This document shows, in pieces, positions 40,791 through 60,879 of a stretch of 64,000 bases of DNA (its first letter is position 1; each line of letters opens with the position of its first letter). The DNA is from Octopus vulgaris. Its lineage: Eukaryota. The notes below the pieces were generated by a model. That model was not told the DNA's origin. It searched no databases and saw only the letters and a list, made by a program, of their open reading frames with translations. The position numbers and the translations under genes were made by a program. Location: the NCBI GenBank assembly GCA_951406725.2, contig OX597833.1:45694001-45758000 (forward strand), read 5' to 3'.

Positions 40791-41301
40791 TACACACATG
40801 CGCACGCACATATGCATACACATACATGTAAGTACATATGCACACACATGTACATATATATACACATATGTACATATATGTATATATAGATGTAATTATA
40901 TGTACATATAGACGACCGTATGCTCATATGAGTGTAAGAATACATGGTATGTTAGAATACTTTGTAAGCAATATCATTACACGTAATTCGTATGTACTAA
41001 TACTAAAAGTACTAAACAGCATATCCTCTCTAGAAACATGCTCCATTTAAAACATTCATATTCACACGCCTACATATCAAATGTACTTTTGGTATCCATG
41101 TCACTAAAAGGAAGTCTAATGAGTAAATGCTAATTATTTGATGGACTTTAATTAGATACTATGCTAACGAATGCCGCAAATTCATGGCATTGTTATTTGA
41201 TCTCTTGTGAAATATTACTCAAGCTACACGTTCATATGAGGATGACGGTGTGTAAATGAATGTGTTTGGAATTGGCTGTGGTCCAGGAGAGAGTCGAACG
41301 G

Positions 41302-42500
41302 AACAGACATTTCGCTGGCTTCTATCATGAGGTGTTAGGATAATGCTGCGACAGATGATAAAGAATCAGTGAGTATAGCAAAACATACACGCACACGCAC
41401 AAACACAGACTACACACGCACCGCTCAAACACAGACTACACACACACACACATATACACACACAGAGTATTATATATATATATATACGTTTATGTATTCG
41501 TTTTGCAAGATACTTGGTGTGTGGTGTGTGGGGTTTGTGTGCTTGTGTTCCATTCTAGTTTTCTATTTAGGCTAGGTTTATCTTCTACTATGTGTGTAGC
41601 TTCCGTAATTTGTCTAAGCGTTGCGTCCGTTCTGTGTGGACGAGATTTTAACTTCTATGTTGTTGAGTGGGCCCCCATGTTCTCGCTCGACGTGCTGGTA
41701 TAGCACCGATGAACTCTTCTCTTCCTTAAGTTCCCTCCAATGCTCTTTTACCCGCTCTCCTATGTTCCGTACTGTCTCCCCTACGTACCTCATTGTCTTG
41801 TTTCTGTACCGTCCCTCTGTACATCTTAGACTACATTCTTAGCTTTACAGTTTGTTAGTGGGGCTAAGTCTACATACAATACAGTCGCTATCATTACAGG
41901 AGGTTCTATTAAAAGGATAGGTTTTACCGAGTAAGGATTTGATAGGGTTACCTGGCGTTTTTACAACCTTAATTCATAGATGAATCTTGTCTAGAGCCCT
42001 TCTAAAGCGGTACGCCAGTTCGCCTCTAGGGGTGGTTCCGACGAACATGACACTCTGGATTTTGTGGCTACCATACCATAAGTTGGCCTTCCCTATTTTC
42101 TTCTTAGTCCTTTCAATGGTATTCCATGACTTGCTCCTATTGAATAGGCAAATCCCATTCTTATCGTTACGTATGATAGTTTCAAATTTCCTCATGGCTC
42201 CTTTATTTATTCTGATCCTTTCTCTATGGCTGTATCCTGAGAACTGCTTGCGGTGAACGAAGTGTTGTATGAGTCTCTTTAACTCTGTTGAGTCGCACAT
42301 GCGGGAAACATATCTCATTACTCTGATGAGGCCTGTCATCAATATATTAAGTTTAATATTGTCCACGATAGCTGAGTTCCAGCAGATCAGGTATTTGGAG
42401 GCCATAGGTTATTGCTTTTTACTCATAAGGTATTGGAATCTTATATGTATACCATTCTGCCTAAATAATGGATCTACAAATAGAATATCCCTGCGTATCT
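41302..42500 (-). mobile_element. Penelope-like remnant (RT C-terminus, GIY-YIG and degenerate 3' hammerhead-like motif)
   Basis: ORF 41974-42405 contains SVMFVGTTPRGELA. Minus-strand MRYVGETVRNIGERVKEH...LYQHVEREH lies at ~41670-41795. A degenerate hammerhead-like core lies at 41302-41336. Duplicate at ~49867-51067. Confidence 0.7.
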
Positions 42501-42554
42501 GACATCTATTTTCATTCCTCCACCTCACTCTCTATTTCGTCTCTTATCTAAATT

Positions 42555-42654
42555 NNNNNNNNNNNNNNNNNNNNNNNNNNNNNNNNNNNNNNNNNNNNNN
42601 NNNNNNNNNNNNNNNNNNNNNNNNNNNNNNNNNNNNNNNNNNNNNNNNNNNNNN
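42555..42654. other. Assembly gap (100 N)
   Basis: Run of exactly 100 N. Confidence 1.
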
Positions 42655-51119
<8,465 letters not shown>

Positions 51120-51253
51120 AACTATTGCTTAACCATCTTCTCACACCGTCTGCGATGAAGTGATATAATAAGTATCCTAGAATCAGCTATAAGACCTATT
51201 TATAAAAGTTCTAAAATCTACACAGCCTTGGTTTTTTCCTATCTCATTACGAA

Positions 51254-51299
<46 letters not shown>

Positions 51300-51388
51300 G
51301 CAGCGGCTTATAAACACCTTCCACGCTGCAATTGTTTTCGTTTCAGCACACGATCTCAGATCAAATTACTTACTATGCGAGTACATCT

Positions 51389-51533
<145 letters not shown>

Positions 51534-51630
51534 CGGGAAGCTTTATGAAAATAGACAAAAGACGAAGGCAGGTGGAAAACAAACCAACAATTGTATTAGT
51601 ATGGCGCTCAGGAAATATAAATAAAACAAG

Positions 51631-51668
51631 TCTTTAACGTTTCGAGCCTACGCTCTTCAACAGAAAGA
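51631..51668 (-). ncRNA. Minimal type I hammerhead-like motif in a PLE-type terminal repeat
   Basis: Minus strand reads tcttt-CTGTTGA-a-gagc(gtag)gctc-GAAA-cg-TT-aaaga. The flanking 51531-51618 is also present, inverted, at 14212-14300. Confidence 0.6.
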
Positions 51669-51849
51669 TACACAGAGAGAAAAAAAAACACAGAAAGAAG
51701 GAGAGAAAAAAAATGCGTGCAGTAGCTAACGAATCAACATGGCGATCTGATTTCGGCCAGAGGTCAAAGATCAAACATGAGACGCGAGAGCGAAATAAGG
51801 GGAGATAATAGGGTTGATAATAGGGTTGATAATAGGGTTGAAGGACCAG

Positions 51850-52180
51850 CTAATAGTGCGTAGGAGGGGTCTGGACGTGTGTATGTATAGGGTTGGTGTA
51901 TGTATTAGTATGTATAAGGGTGTGTGTGTGTGTGTATGAGAGAGTATTAGTGCGTAGGATTGGTCTGGACGTGCGTATGTATGGGGTTGGTGTATGTATT
52001 AGTATGTATTAGTATGTATTAGTACGTATTAGTATGTATAAGTGTGTGTGTGTATGAGAGAGTATAAGTGCGTATGCGGGGTCTGGACGTGTGTATGTAT
52101 AGGGTTGGTGTATGTATTAGTATGTATTAGTATGTATTAGTACGTATTAGTATGTATTAGTTGGTGTATGTATTAGTATG
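51850..52180. repeat. Three diverged ~100-120 bp tandem units with internal (tatgtattag)n
   Basis: agtgcgta...ggtctggacgtg.gtatgtat.gggttggtgtatgtattagtatgta recurs at ~51855, ~51950 and ~52068. Confidence 0.8.
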
Positions 52181-52337
52181 GCACATCATATATGATGTGA
52201 TGTGTAAAGTCGTGTGGTGTAGTGAGGAGAAGAGGGGGAGGGAGAAGGGGAGGGGAAGAAGAGGGGGAGGAGAGGGTGGAAGAGGAGAGGATGGGGGAGA
52301 GAGAGGAGGGGAGAAGGGGAGAGGGAGAGGAGGGGGA

Positions 52338-52403
<66 letters not shown>

Positions 52404-52732
52404 TTATATATATAACGCGGAGTAGATGAAACAGGGACAACTGAAGATGGGGAATATTCTTTATGTTGCATGTCTCGTTTCTCTGTTTCCTTTTACTGCT
52501 GTTCGAAAAAAGTTCGTTTCTATGTTTTTGTTTTTGTTCTCGTTTCTCATTGTGTTCAACGTTTTTTTTATGTCCTGTACCCATATATGCATGTATATAT
52601 ACATATATTCGTAGGTATGTACATATATATATGTATATATGCATATAGTTATATATATATGCATATGTGCGTGTGCGTGTGTGTATGTACACACACATAT
52701 ATATATATATATACATACATATATAAAAGAGG

Positions 52733-53068
52733 TAAAGACCCCCTTCGGTCATGACTGACCATGGGATTGCACATAGAAAGTTACCCTCCTAGACAGAAGT
52801 CCGGGCAAGATTGTTTATGGAAGACCAGCAGTCGCCCATGCATACCAGCCTCCCCTCTCCACGCCACCAGTGTTATCCAAGGGAAAGACAAAGGTCGATA
52901 CTGCTTGGCACCTGTGACGTCGCAACTCATTTCTACAGCTGAGTGAACTGGAGCAACGTGAAATAAAGTGCTTTGCTCAAGAACACAACACGCAGCCCGG
53001 TCAGGGATTCGAGCTCACAACCTCACGATCGTAAGCTCGACGCTCTAACCACTGAGCCATGCGCCTTC
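52733..53068 (-). mobile_element. tRNA-derived SINE family C, full length
   Basis: Minus-strand head ggcgcatggctcagtggttagagcgtc...gagctcgaatccc carries A and B boxes. A second copy lies at 54770-55084. Confidence 0.8.
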
Positions 53069-53137
53069 AAAGAAAACAAAGCAACAACACCAGACAATTG
53101 AACTACAAACAATAACTGAGATAAATAAAAGTTATAC

Positions 53138-53219
53138 TGGCAGCGATGGGATTCGAACCCACGCCTCCGAAGAGACTGGTGCCTAAAACCAGCGCCTTAG
53201 ACCACTCGGCCACGCTACC
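53138..53219 (-). tRNA. tRNA-Leu, anticodon UAG (82 nt)
   Basis: GGTAGCGTGGCCGAGTGGTCTAAGGCGCTGGTTTTAGGCACCAGTCTCTTCGGAGGCGTGGGTTCGAATCCCATCGCTGCCA. It folds into a complete cloverleaf with a long variable arm and discriminator A, and is followed by a TTTT terminator. Confidence 0.95.
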
Positions 53220-53373
53220 ACATACATATATAACATGAATACATTTATATATATAGAGTATATTGCCACACACCGATTCTTTATCATCTGTCGCAGCTTT
53301 ATCCTAACATCTGATTATATACAGCGTCTGTTCCATTCGCTGCTATCCTGGACCAAACACAGTCATTTTGGAA

Positions 53374-53424
<51 letters not shown>

Positions 53425-53438
53425 CATACATACATACA

Positions 53439-53469
<31 letters not shown>

Positions 53470-53492
53470 GTATATGCACATACACACACATA

Positions 53493-53555
<63 letters not shown>

Positions 53556-53994
53556 GCACACACATGTACATATATACATACATTTGACAGTTTAGCGTGA
53601 GATCAAATAACTATGCGATAATTTGCGACATTAATTAGCATAGTATCTAATTAGGCTCCATCAAATAATTAACTTTGTCTCATCAGACTCCCATTTAGTG
53701 ACATAGATACCATAGGACGTTTGAAATTTGGGCGTATGAGTATGACGGGATTATAGGGAGTAAGCTAAAATATAGAAAGTACATACTGTTTATACTTGGA
53801 GTATTAATACAGACGAATTTGACAGTTTGTAATGACGTAATGACATTGTTTACAAAGCATTCTAACACACTATGTACACTTACACTTATATGAGCATACA
53901 CACATCTATATGTACATATAAATGCATCTATATATACATATATACATGTGAATACACATATGTATGTATATATGTACATGTGTGTGCATATGTA

Positions 53995-54041
<47 letters not shown>

Positions 54042-54049
54042 AGTAATAT

Positions 54050-54276
54050 AATAAATACGCCCTTTTAAAGCCTAGCCAGGCTCATGGGCCCGGTTTCCCG
54101 GTTTCTATGGCGTATGTGTTCCTCAGCTTGACGGGGCGCCAGTCCATCGCAGCGTTACTGGAGTAACGTGAAATGAAGTGTTTTGCTCAAGAACTCAACG
54201 CGTCGCCCGGTCCAGGAATCGAAACCACAATCTTACGATCATGGTGCTGACACCCTAACCATTAAGCCACGCACCT

Positions 54277-54277
<1 letters not shown>
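54050..54277 (-). mobile_element. tRNA-derived SINE family D (shares its central block with family C)
   Basis: Minus-strand head gtgcgtggcttaatggttaggg...ggtttcgattcc. Shared block actggag.aacgtgaaat.aagtg.tttgctcaagaac. Confidence 0.7.
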
Positions 54278-54312
<35 letters not shown>

Positions 54313-54351
54313 GCATATATGTGTGCGCGTGTGTATGTGCACATACATACG

Positions 54352-54685
54352 TACTCTTTTACTCTTTTACTCTTTTACTTGTTTCAGTCATTTGACTGCG
54401 GCCATGCTGGGGCACCGCCTTTAGTCGAGCAAATGGACCCCAGGACTTATTCTTTGTAAGCCCAGTACTTATTCTATCAGTCTCTTTTGCTGAACCGCTA
54501 AGTGACGGGGACGTAAACACACCAGCATCGGTTGTCAAGCAATGCTAGGGGAACAAACACAGACACACAAACATATACACACATACATATATACATATAC
54601 ATATATACGACAGGCTTCTTTCAGTTTCCGTCTACCAAATCCACTCACAAGGCATTGGTCGGCCCGGGCTATAGCAGAAGACACT
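54352..54685 (-). mobile_element. SINE family A copy, 5'-truncated
   Basis: Reverse complement of the 15170-15485 sequence, with a (gagtaaaa)n tail. Confidence 0.85.
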
Positions 54686-54695
54686 CCTACGCCTG

Positions 54696-54752
<57 letters not shown>

Positions 54753-54769
54753 GTATTTAAAACATGTCA

Positions 54770-55084
54770 GAGACCTCCTCCTTCGGTCACGAATGACCAT
54801 GGGATTGCACATAGAAAGTTACCCTCTGAGGTACAAGAACGTGCAAGGTTGTTTATGGAAGACCAGCAGTCGTCCATGCATACTAGCCTGCCCTCTCCGC
54901 GCCACCGATGTTATCCAAGGGACAGGCAAAGGCCGATACAGCTTGGGACAGTGACGTCGTAAATCGATTCTACAGCAGAGTTAACTGAAGCAACGTGAAA
55001 TAAAGTGTCTTGCTAGGTCCAGGATTCGAACTCACAACCGCACGGTCGTAAGTTCGACACTCTAACCACTGAGCCATGCGCCTT
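54770..55084 (-). mobile_element. SINE family C copy
   Basis: Aligns by eye to 52733-53068. Confidence 0.8.
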
Positions 55085-55279
55085 CTCATATAACATGTAT
55101 ACATCTATATATATATACACTATATATACATAAATACGTACACACACACGTACACAGACATATTATATATATATATATATTCATGAGTTTAAGATTTTAG
55201 ATAAACTTTAAATGTCTTAAATTCATATTTAATATGTTAACGTTTTATAAATCCATAGGTACAAAGAATATATGAATAC

Positions 55280-55310
<31 letters not shown>

Positions 55311-55343
55311 TGTATGTATGTATGTATGTATGTATGTATATCA

Positions 55344-55750
55344 GGTCACTTTCGAGTGCTACTGGTAACATGTAACCCAGTACAACCTGTTGCATGGTCG
55401 GGTCGTCGGCGACTAAACCGGCAAACCCACCAGGCTTGCTTGGTGAGGAGGGTGTTTATTGGACACGCTGCGGGATGAAAAACAAAACCCGTCAAAGGGC
55501 GGAGGAACTCTTGAGAATCAACGGCCATCCAATAGATGTCTTAAGGCTGTATCATGCGCGGGGACATAGAAATAATCGGACTGAATACCAGATCGCGCGG
55601 TTAAACCACTGGGAGTGAAGGACTCCTAGCCTTTGTTAGGGCATCCTTCTAGGAGAAGGTAACTCAGGTAACTGGGATAACTCTGATATAAGTCCTACGG
55701 CTCAGTGGTTACCGATGATGTTGACTTGTTCTTCTATTCGGATTATGGCT
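55344..55750 (+). mobile_element. RTE-type retroelement 5' UTR fragment beginning with an HDV-like ribozyme fold
   Basis: agggcatccttctaggagaaggtaactc resembles the RTE 5' UTR motif. 55344-55421 fits the HDV-like P1/P2/P3/P1.1/P4 order with J4/2 CTAA. Confidence 0.5.
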
Positions 55751-55801
55751 GCTGTTGCTTAGTGAGTGGGATTGACTCAGTGCAATAAATATATAAATAT
55801 A

Positions 55802-55836
<35 letters not shown>

Positions 55837-56462
55837 GTACCAACATATGTATGTATATATTCATGCTTATATTGGTACAAGGCATAAAAAAACGTGAACA
55901 AAATGAGAAACGAGATAGGCAACATAAAGAACATTCCGTTCATCAGTTGTCCCGTTTTATCTACTCCGCGTTTAGAAGGTAGGGACAAGACGCGACTTCG
56001 TTAAAACAGTCCTTTCCGCAAAGCAAATTAAATAAGATTTTGGATTTTTTGCGGAGGGCTAAAGTGGTAACAAAAACAGGACAGTAGGACAAAACAGTAA
56101 AAACAAATGGTGAGGGTTGTTAAGCCAAGACGAGGTGAAGTGATAAATGCTGGAAAAACGAGCTTTGAGAAGAGACAGGCAAAAGCACGTTTTTTCTTTA
56201 AGAAGGAAGTGGAAAAAAGAAAGATAGGAAGCCGTTGGTCACGTGTGAGCAATGAGAGAGTCAAGGAGGAAGAGTGAGAGAGAGAGAGAGAGAGAGAGAG
56301 GGAATGGTGAATGGGAGAGGAGAGAAGAATAAGCATATCTATCTCCCTCCTCTCTTATTCTTCCTTTCTGTTTTCTCTCCCACCCTTTCCGTATTCTCCT
56401 CCTCTCCCCTTCACCGTTCCCTCTCTCTCCCTCTCACTCTTCCTCCTTGACTCTCTCATTGC

Positions 56463-56495
<33 letters not shown>

Positions 56496-56549
56496 TGTAT
56501 GTATGTATGTGTGTGTATATGTGTGTGCGTGCGTGTGCATTCGTTTGTC

Positions 56550-56745
56550 CTCTCAACCGCTTGACAATCAATGTTGGTTTGTTTACATCCCTGTAACTGA
56601 GCAGCTCGGCGAAAGTCAACGATAGGATCAGTAACAAATTAAAAAAAAAAACCTACAGAGGGTGATGATCTGTTCGACTAAAACCATTCAAAGTGATGCT
56701 CCAGCATGACCGCAGTATATTGACTGAAACAAATAAAAGACAGAA
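56550..56745 (+). mobile_element. Old SINE family A 3' module
   Basis: accgcttgacaatc...gtttacatccctgtaact...tgctccagcatgaccgcagt...gactgaaac. Confidence 0.7.
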
Positions 56746-56799
56746 GATAAAAATATGTCTGAAAATGTTTAGACAACACAGTACGTAATACTGAAATTT

Positions 56800-56850
56800 A
56801 TCAGTTGATGATGAAATTCCAACACAAGGATTCAAACTAGTTCGGCTGAT
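56800..56850 (+). ncRNA. Degenerate hammerhead-like motif
   Basis: atcagttg-ATGATGA-aattcc..ggatt-CAAA-ctag-TT-cggctgat. Stem I has 8 bp and stem III is palindromic (actagt), but two core positions are substituted. Confidence 0.4.
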
Positions 56851-56916
56851 CCCTGATTTCCTGTCCAAGAACATGTCGCTTATAAAGTCATGGATATGAC
56901 CTGTCTATTATATACT

Positions 56917-56998
56917 ACTAGCCGTGGTCAGAGTGAGGGTACGAGAAAACAGACACACAGAAAACGCACAGACAAACTGCCGTTTATATAGAGAGAGA
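56917..56998 (-). mobile_element. Internally deleted non-autonomous Helitron fragment
   Basis: Matches the 5' ~80 bp of the element at 62978-63059 (agccgtggtcag.gtgagggtac...gacaaactgccgtttatatagagagaga). Confidence 0.6.
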
Positions 56999-57698
56999 TG
57001 TTGATTAAAAGTTTTTTGACGTATTCAGTGAGGTAGTGTATAGCATTGAACCAAAATGATTTTAACGCACGGCCCTACAAGAAAAATGGGAAATTATTGT
57101 CATTTTTACCGCATTTTTAAATCGAAAACTTATGTATTTTATATTTACTCTTATTTCTAGGTTACTACAGTTATGAACACTTTCATATAAAGAAAATCAC
57201 GAATTTTCATGAAGAAGCTGAATATGTTTGGATGACGTCAGTATTTACCGTCAACAGCTGACCAATCAAAACTCATTTGAAAAAAAAAAAAAAAGACAGA
57301 AATGGAGAAAAGTAAAAAGTACAAAGGCGTGTACCATGTTGAAATTACATTTTCAAAAGCTAAATGAATTTATCCAGTCATATCAATTGTAACAAAGTTG
57401 ACGTAAATATTTTTATCACAAAAATTTACTGAACTTAGACAATCAACAAGAAAAAAAAATGTTTTACGCATAGTGTTGTGTGTATATGTATATATATATT
57501 GACAATCATATACGTTCTCATACACCTATATTATCATGCACTTACGTTTACTGATACACACACATTTCAAGAACAGTACAACTGTTTAATTCTTGCTTAA
57601 AGAAATACTGAAAGAGTACTTTTTGGAGCTTTACTCTTTCTGTATGCCGCTCTTTATGATTGAATTAATATTTCGAAAGGTCTTGCCATATATTAGAG

Positions 57699-57917
57699 CA
57701 GTGCTTTTCAAACGTTTTGCTGGAGCGGAACCCCAAGGAGACATTCCACTGGCTCGAGGAACTCCTGTGCAATAATTTAATAGTCGTATGCACACATATC
57801 TGCACAGGAGAATTAAAAATTACTGCCGATTTTAGCAGTTTTGTAACTTCTTGCGGAACCCCTGCACTGTACTGGCGGAACCCTAAGGTTCCGCGGAACC
57901 CTGGTTGAAAACCAATG
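57699..57917. mobile_element. hAT (Charlie-like) MITE, 219 bp
   Basis: TIRs cagtgcttttcaa and ttgaaaaccaatg, 8-bp TSD tattagag/tactagag, and internal ggaaccc subterminal repeats. Confidence 0.85.
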
Positions 57918-58626
57918 TACTAGAGGAAGGCAGAAAAGTGTATTGTATGGAATGTCTGAACATGGAAAAGAAACTATATCGTAATGAAAAATTTGTTCGG
58001 ATGGCTTCAGTACAGTTATGCTATAACTCAGGAACATCGAAAATATAATACAGATAGTGTTAAGCAAATAAAAGAACGGAATGGCATTGAATGCACGTCT
58101 TTCGGTAATCGGTTGATTAACACATAACGTTCAACAGTTACTTATATATGTGTAAGACTTATTATTTAGACAAAGAGGGAAGTGGAATGTACGAAGTTGT
58201 CTTTCCCTTCTATTACCGATTATAACAGAAACCATGAATCTGATTGTGTTGTCTGCAACGAGTCGTCGAAAGCCTGCATCTTTATAATAATCTACTTCGT
58301 GGTGAATTTCTTGACTTGAATGGGAGGTTCCTACTTCTAATAAAACTGATTCTAAATAAGTTACAAAAAAAAGATCATGGCTGACGTAAATCAAATACTT
58401 TGCTTCGTATTAATTAGAAATTGAGGCCCGTCTTTCTTAATACATACATCGATCCACTATACACATCGATGCATTAAAGTTAACATACATGAGAGAAGGA
58501 ATATACAGTTGACTTACTGCAACTGATTTAGTTGTTATTTAAAAACAAAGAACTTACATCATCTCCTGTCAAACTCTACACATCAGACTGTAAGAATCTG
58601 TAAGAATCAATAATAGTCATACAGAA

Positions 58627-60060
58627 ATGCCAAGCTTTTTCAGACGTATTAACCGTTTTTATTCATGTCGTTGGAGGACGTGTTACGCTTGTACTGTAGC
58701 TTTAATTCTGCTACAGTCTTTAAGAGTTGATATAAGTATGGCTTTTGTTTGCATGTTGAAAACGCCCAATCGGACAAATAATGAAAATAATTTTACACGA
58801 ACTAACGAACATTGTTCTTCTTTAAACAACCATAAAATAATGCAACATTTTGAAGGTGAGTTTGAATGGAGCAACACGTTACAATCAAATATCTTAGCAT
58901 GTTACTTTTATGGGTATATTTCAACTAATATTTTAGCTGGAATATTGGTAAACAAATATGGTGGGAAAAAAGTTCTAGGAAGCTCACTTCTCTTCGCATC
59001 ATTTCTGACCATTCTCCACCCAAGTTTATCTCGAATAAGTGGTTACTTAACAATTGTCCTAAGAATATTAACAGGTATGGTCTCGGCACCGATGTTCCCA
59101 GCAATCCTATCGCTAATGGCACGTTGGGCCCCACCATCTGAGAAAGACCTATTGATTGGTATTACTTTTACAGGTCAAGTATTGGGCAATATTGCAGGTT
59201 TTGTAATATTCGGTTACCTTTGTGAGTATGGATTTGATAATGGATGGAGTTCTATATTTTATACAAGTGGTGTAACGACGTTGATGTTTAGTTTTGTGTG
59301 GTATTATGCTGTTTACGATAATCCAGATCTCCATCCTACTATCAGCCAAGAAGAACATGCTTATTTAAACAGAACTATAATATGTGAAAGACTACCTAAA
59401 AATATACCTTGGCGACGGATGCTTTCTTCGCCTGCAATTTGGGCTATTGTTTTCGGTTTGTTTGGTTATGATTGGGGCTCCATTTCCCTCCAGGTATTGC
59501 TGCCTCTGTATTTAAAAGAAGCCTTAAACGTTAATGCAACATCCAACGGTATAATTTCCTCAGCTCCTTCGGTTGCAGAAGTCATTGTCCTACCATTATG
59601 GGGAAAATTGGCCGATATTTTGCGTTCAAAGAATTATATGTCAACTCACTCGGTGCGTGTTTTATTCCAAACCGTTGCTCTAGTTGCTTGTGCAAGTCTA
59701 CTGATTATCATGGGATACCTCAGATGTGACCAACTCATTCAAATATATATTTTCTTGTTTCTTTGTGGTGCATTCCTAGCATTTAGTTGTAGTGGAGTTA
59801 TTGCCAACAGCATTGACATTGCTCCCAGTTATGTCGGCGTAATCTTTGGACTTACTAACACAATTTGTGCATCATCAGGCAGCTTTTCTTCCTTGTTCGC
59901 AAAAGCTCTGACACCAAATGGCACACAAAGCGAATGGCAGATCGTATTTGCTTTGTATGGCGCTGTTCTTGTCTTAGGTGCAATATTCTTTGCAGTGTTG
60001 GTAAGAACAGAAATTCAAGACTGGGCAAGACCTGAGGGATTCGAACCAGAGGAAGCATGA
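58627..60060 (+). CDS. Intronless SLC17-family MFS anion transporter (sialin-like), 477 aa
   Basis: Uninterrupted ORF with ~12 hydrophobic segments and SLC17 motifs: [17 protein letters not shown]...[70 protein letters not shown]. Confidence 0.95.
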   Translation: MPSFFRRINRFYSCRWRTCYACTVALILLQSLRVDISMAFVCMLKTPNRTNNENNFTRTNEHCSSLNNHKIMQHFEGEFEWSNTLQSNILACYFYGYISTNILAGILVNKYGGKKVLGSSLLFASFLTILHPSLSRISGYLTIVLRILTGMVSAPMFPAILSLMARWAPPSEKDLLIGITFTGQVLGNIAGFVIFGYLCEYGFDNGWSSIFYTSGVTTLMFSFVWYYAVYDNPDLHPTISQEEHAYLNRTIICERLPKNIPWRRMLSSPAIWAIVFGLFGYDWGSISLQVLLPLYLKEALNVNATSNGIISSAPSVAEVIVLPLWGKLADILRSKNYMSTHSVRVLFQTVALVACASLLIIMGYLRCDQLIQIYIFLFLCGAFLAFSCSGVIANSIDIAPSYVGVIFGLTNTICASSGSFSSLFAKALTPNGTQSEWQIVFALYGAVLVLGAIFFAVLVRTEIQDWARPEGFEPEEA

Positions 60061-60208
60061 TATTATCGTTGTGATCTTAAATAGATGTAGGTGTATATAT
60101 ATATATATGTGTGTACATATATGTGTGTACATATATGTGTGTATATATACATATAATTTATATATACTTTATATATACTTTATATACATACATACATACA
60201 TACATACA

Positions 60209-60274
<66 letters not shown>

Positions 60275-60283
<9 letters not shown>

Positions 60284-60789
60284 GGCAGTTTGTCTGTCTG
60301 TGTATCTGTGTGTCTGTCAGGTTGTACCCTCACCCTGGCCACGGCTTTTAACCGATTCTGATGAAACTTGACATACACATAGCCCAATGTCATAATTCAA
60401 AACTAACGCAGCAAAAATTTTGAAAAGTTCCCCCAGTTCTGAAAAAAATCGATAAATTCGACATGGGGTCGAGAATCTAAGCTTTTTATTTGCAACACAT
60501 TTTCTGTTGTAGTTTTCGCAACTTGCAATCGATTTTGACCAAACTCATGGTGAAGCTTAATGTTACCCTAATAAACTTAATTCTGGCGTTAGTTTTCCAT
60601 GCAATACCTTACCATCAGAAAAAATCGATAAAATTATGCCATTTTGGGAAATCGAGTTCAAATTCAAGATGACATATTTTCAACAATATCTTTCACAAAT
60701 TGGCAGGAATTTTTTTTAAATTCACAGTGAGCATCATGTCTGCTCCAAGGGCTCTTACATACCCGCGCAATGCCGGGCTATGCTGCTAG
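60275..60789 (+). mobile_element. Non-autonomous Helitron
   Basis: 5' tatataaacggcagtttgtctg. The 3' end has a GC-rich hairpin-like cccgcgcaatgccggg followed by ...gCTAG|t. Homologous to 62677-63059 in the opposite orientation. Confidence 0.7.
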
Positions 60790-60833
60790 TGTATATATAT
60801 ATATATGTAATCTTACATTTGATACTAAAAGAA

Positions 60834-60876
<43 letters not shown>

Positions 60877-60879
60877 AAA

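Noticed and set aside
52990-53068. tRNA genes at SINE heads (also 15078, 54200-54277 and 55020-55084)
   Set aside because: A and B boxes are present but there is no proper acceptor stem, and each continues into a SINE body.
55940-56010. Hammerhead in the repeat shared (inverted) with 52415-52620
   Set aside because: The core is too degenerate (no intact GA or GAAA boxes) to support a call.
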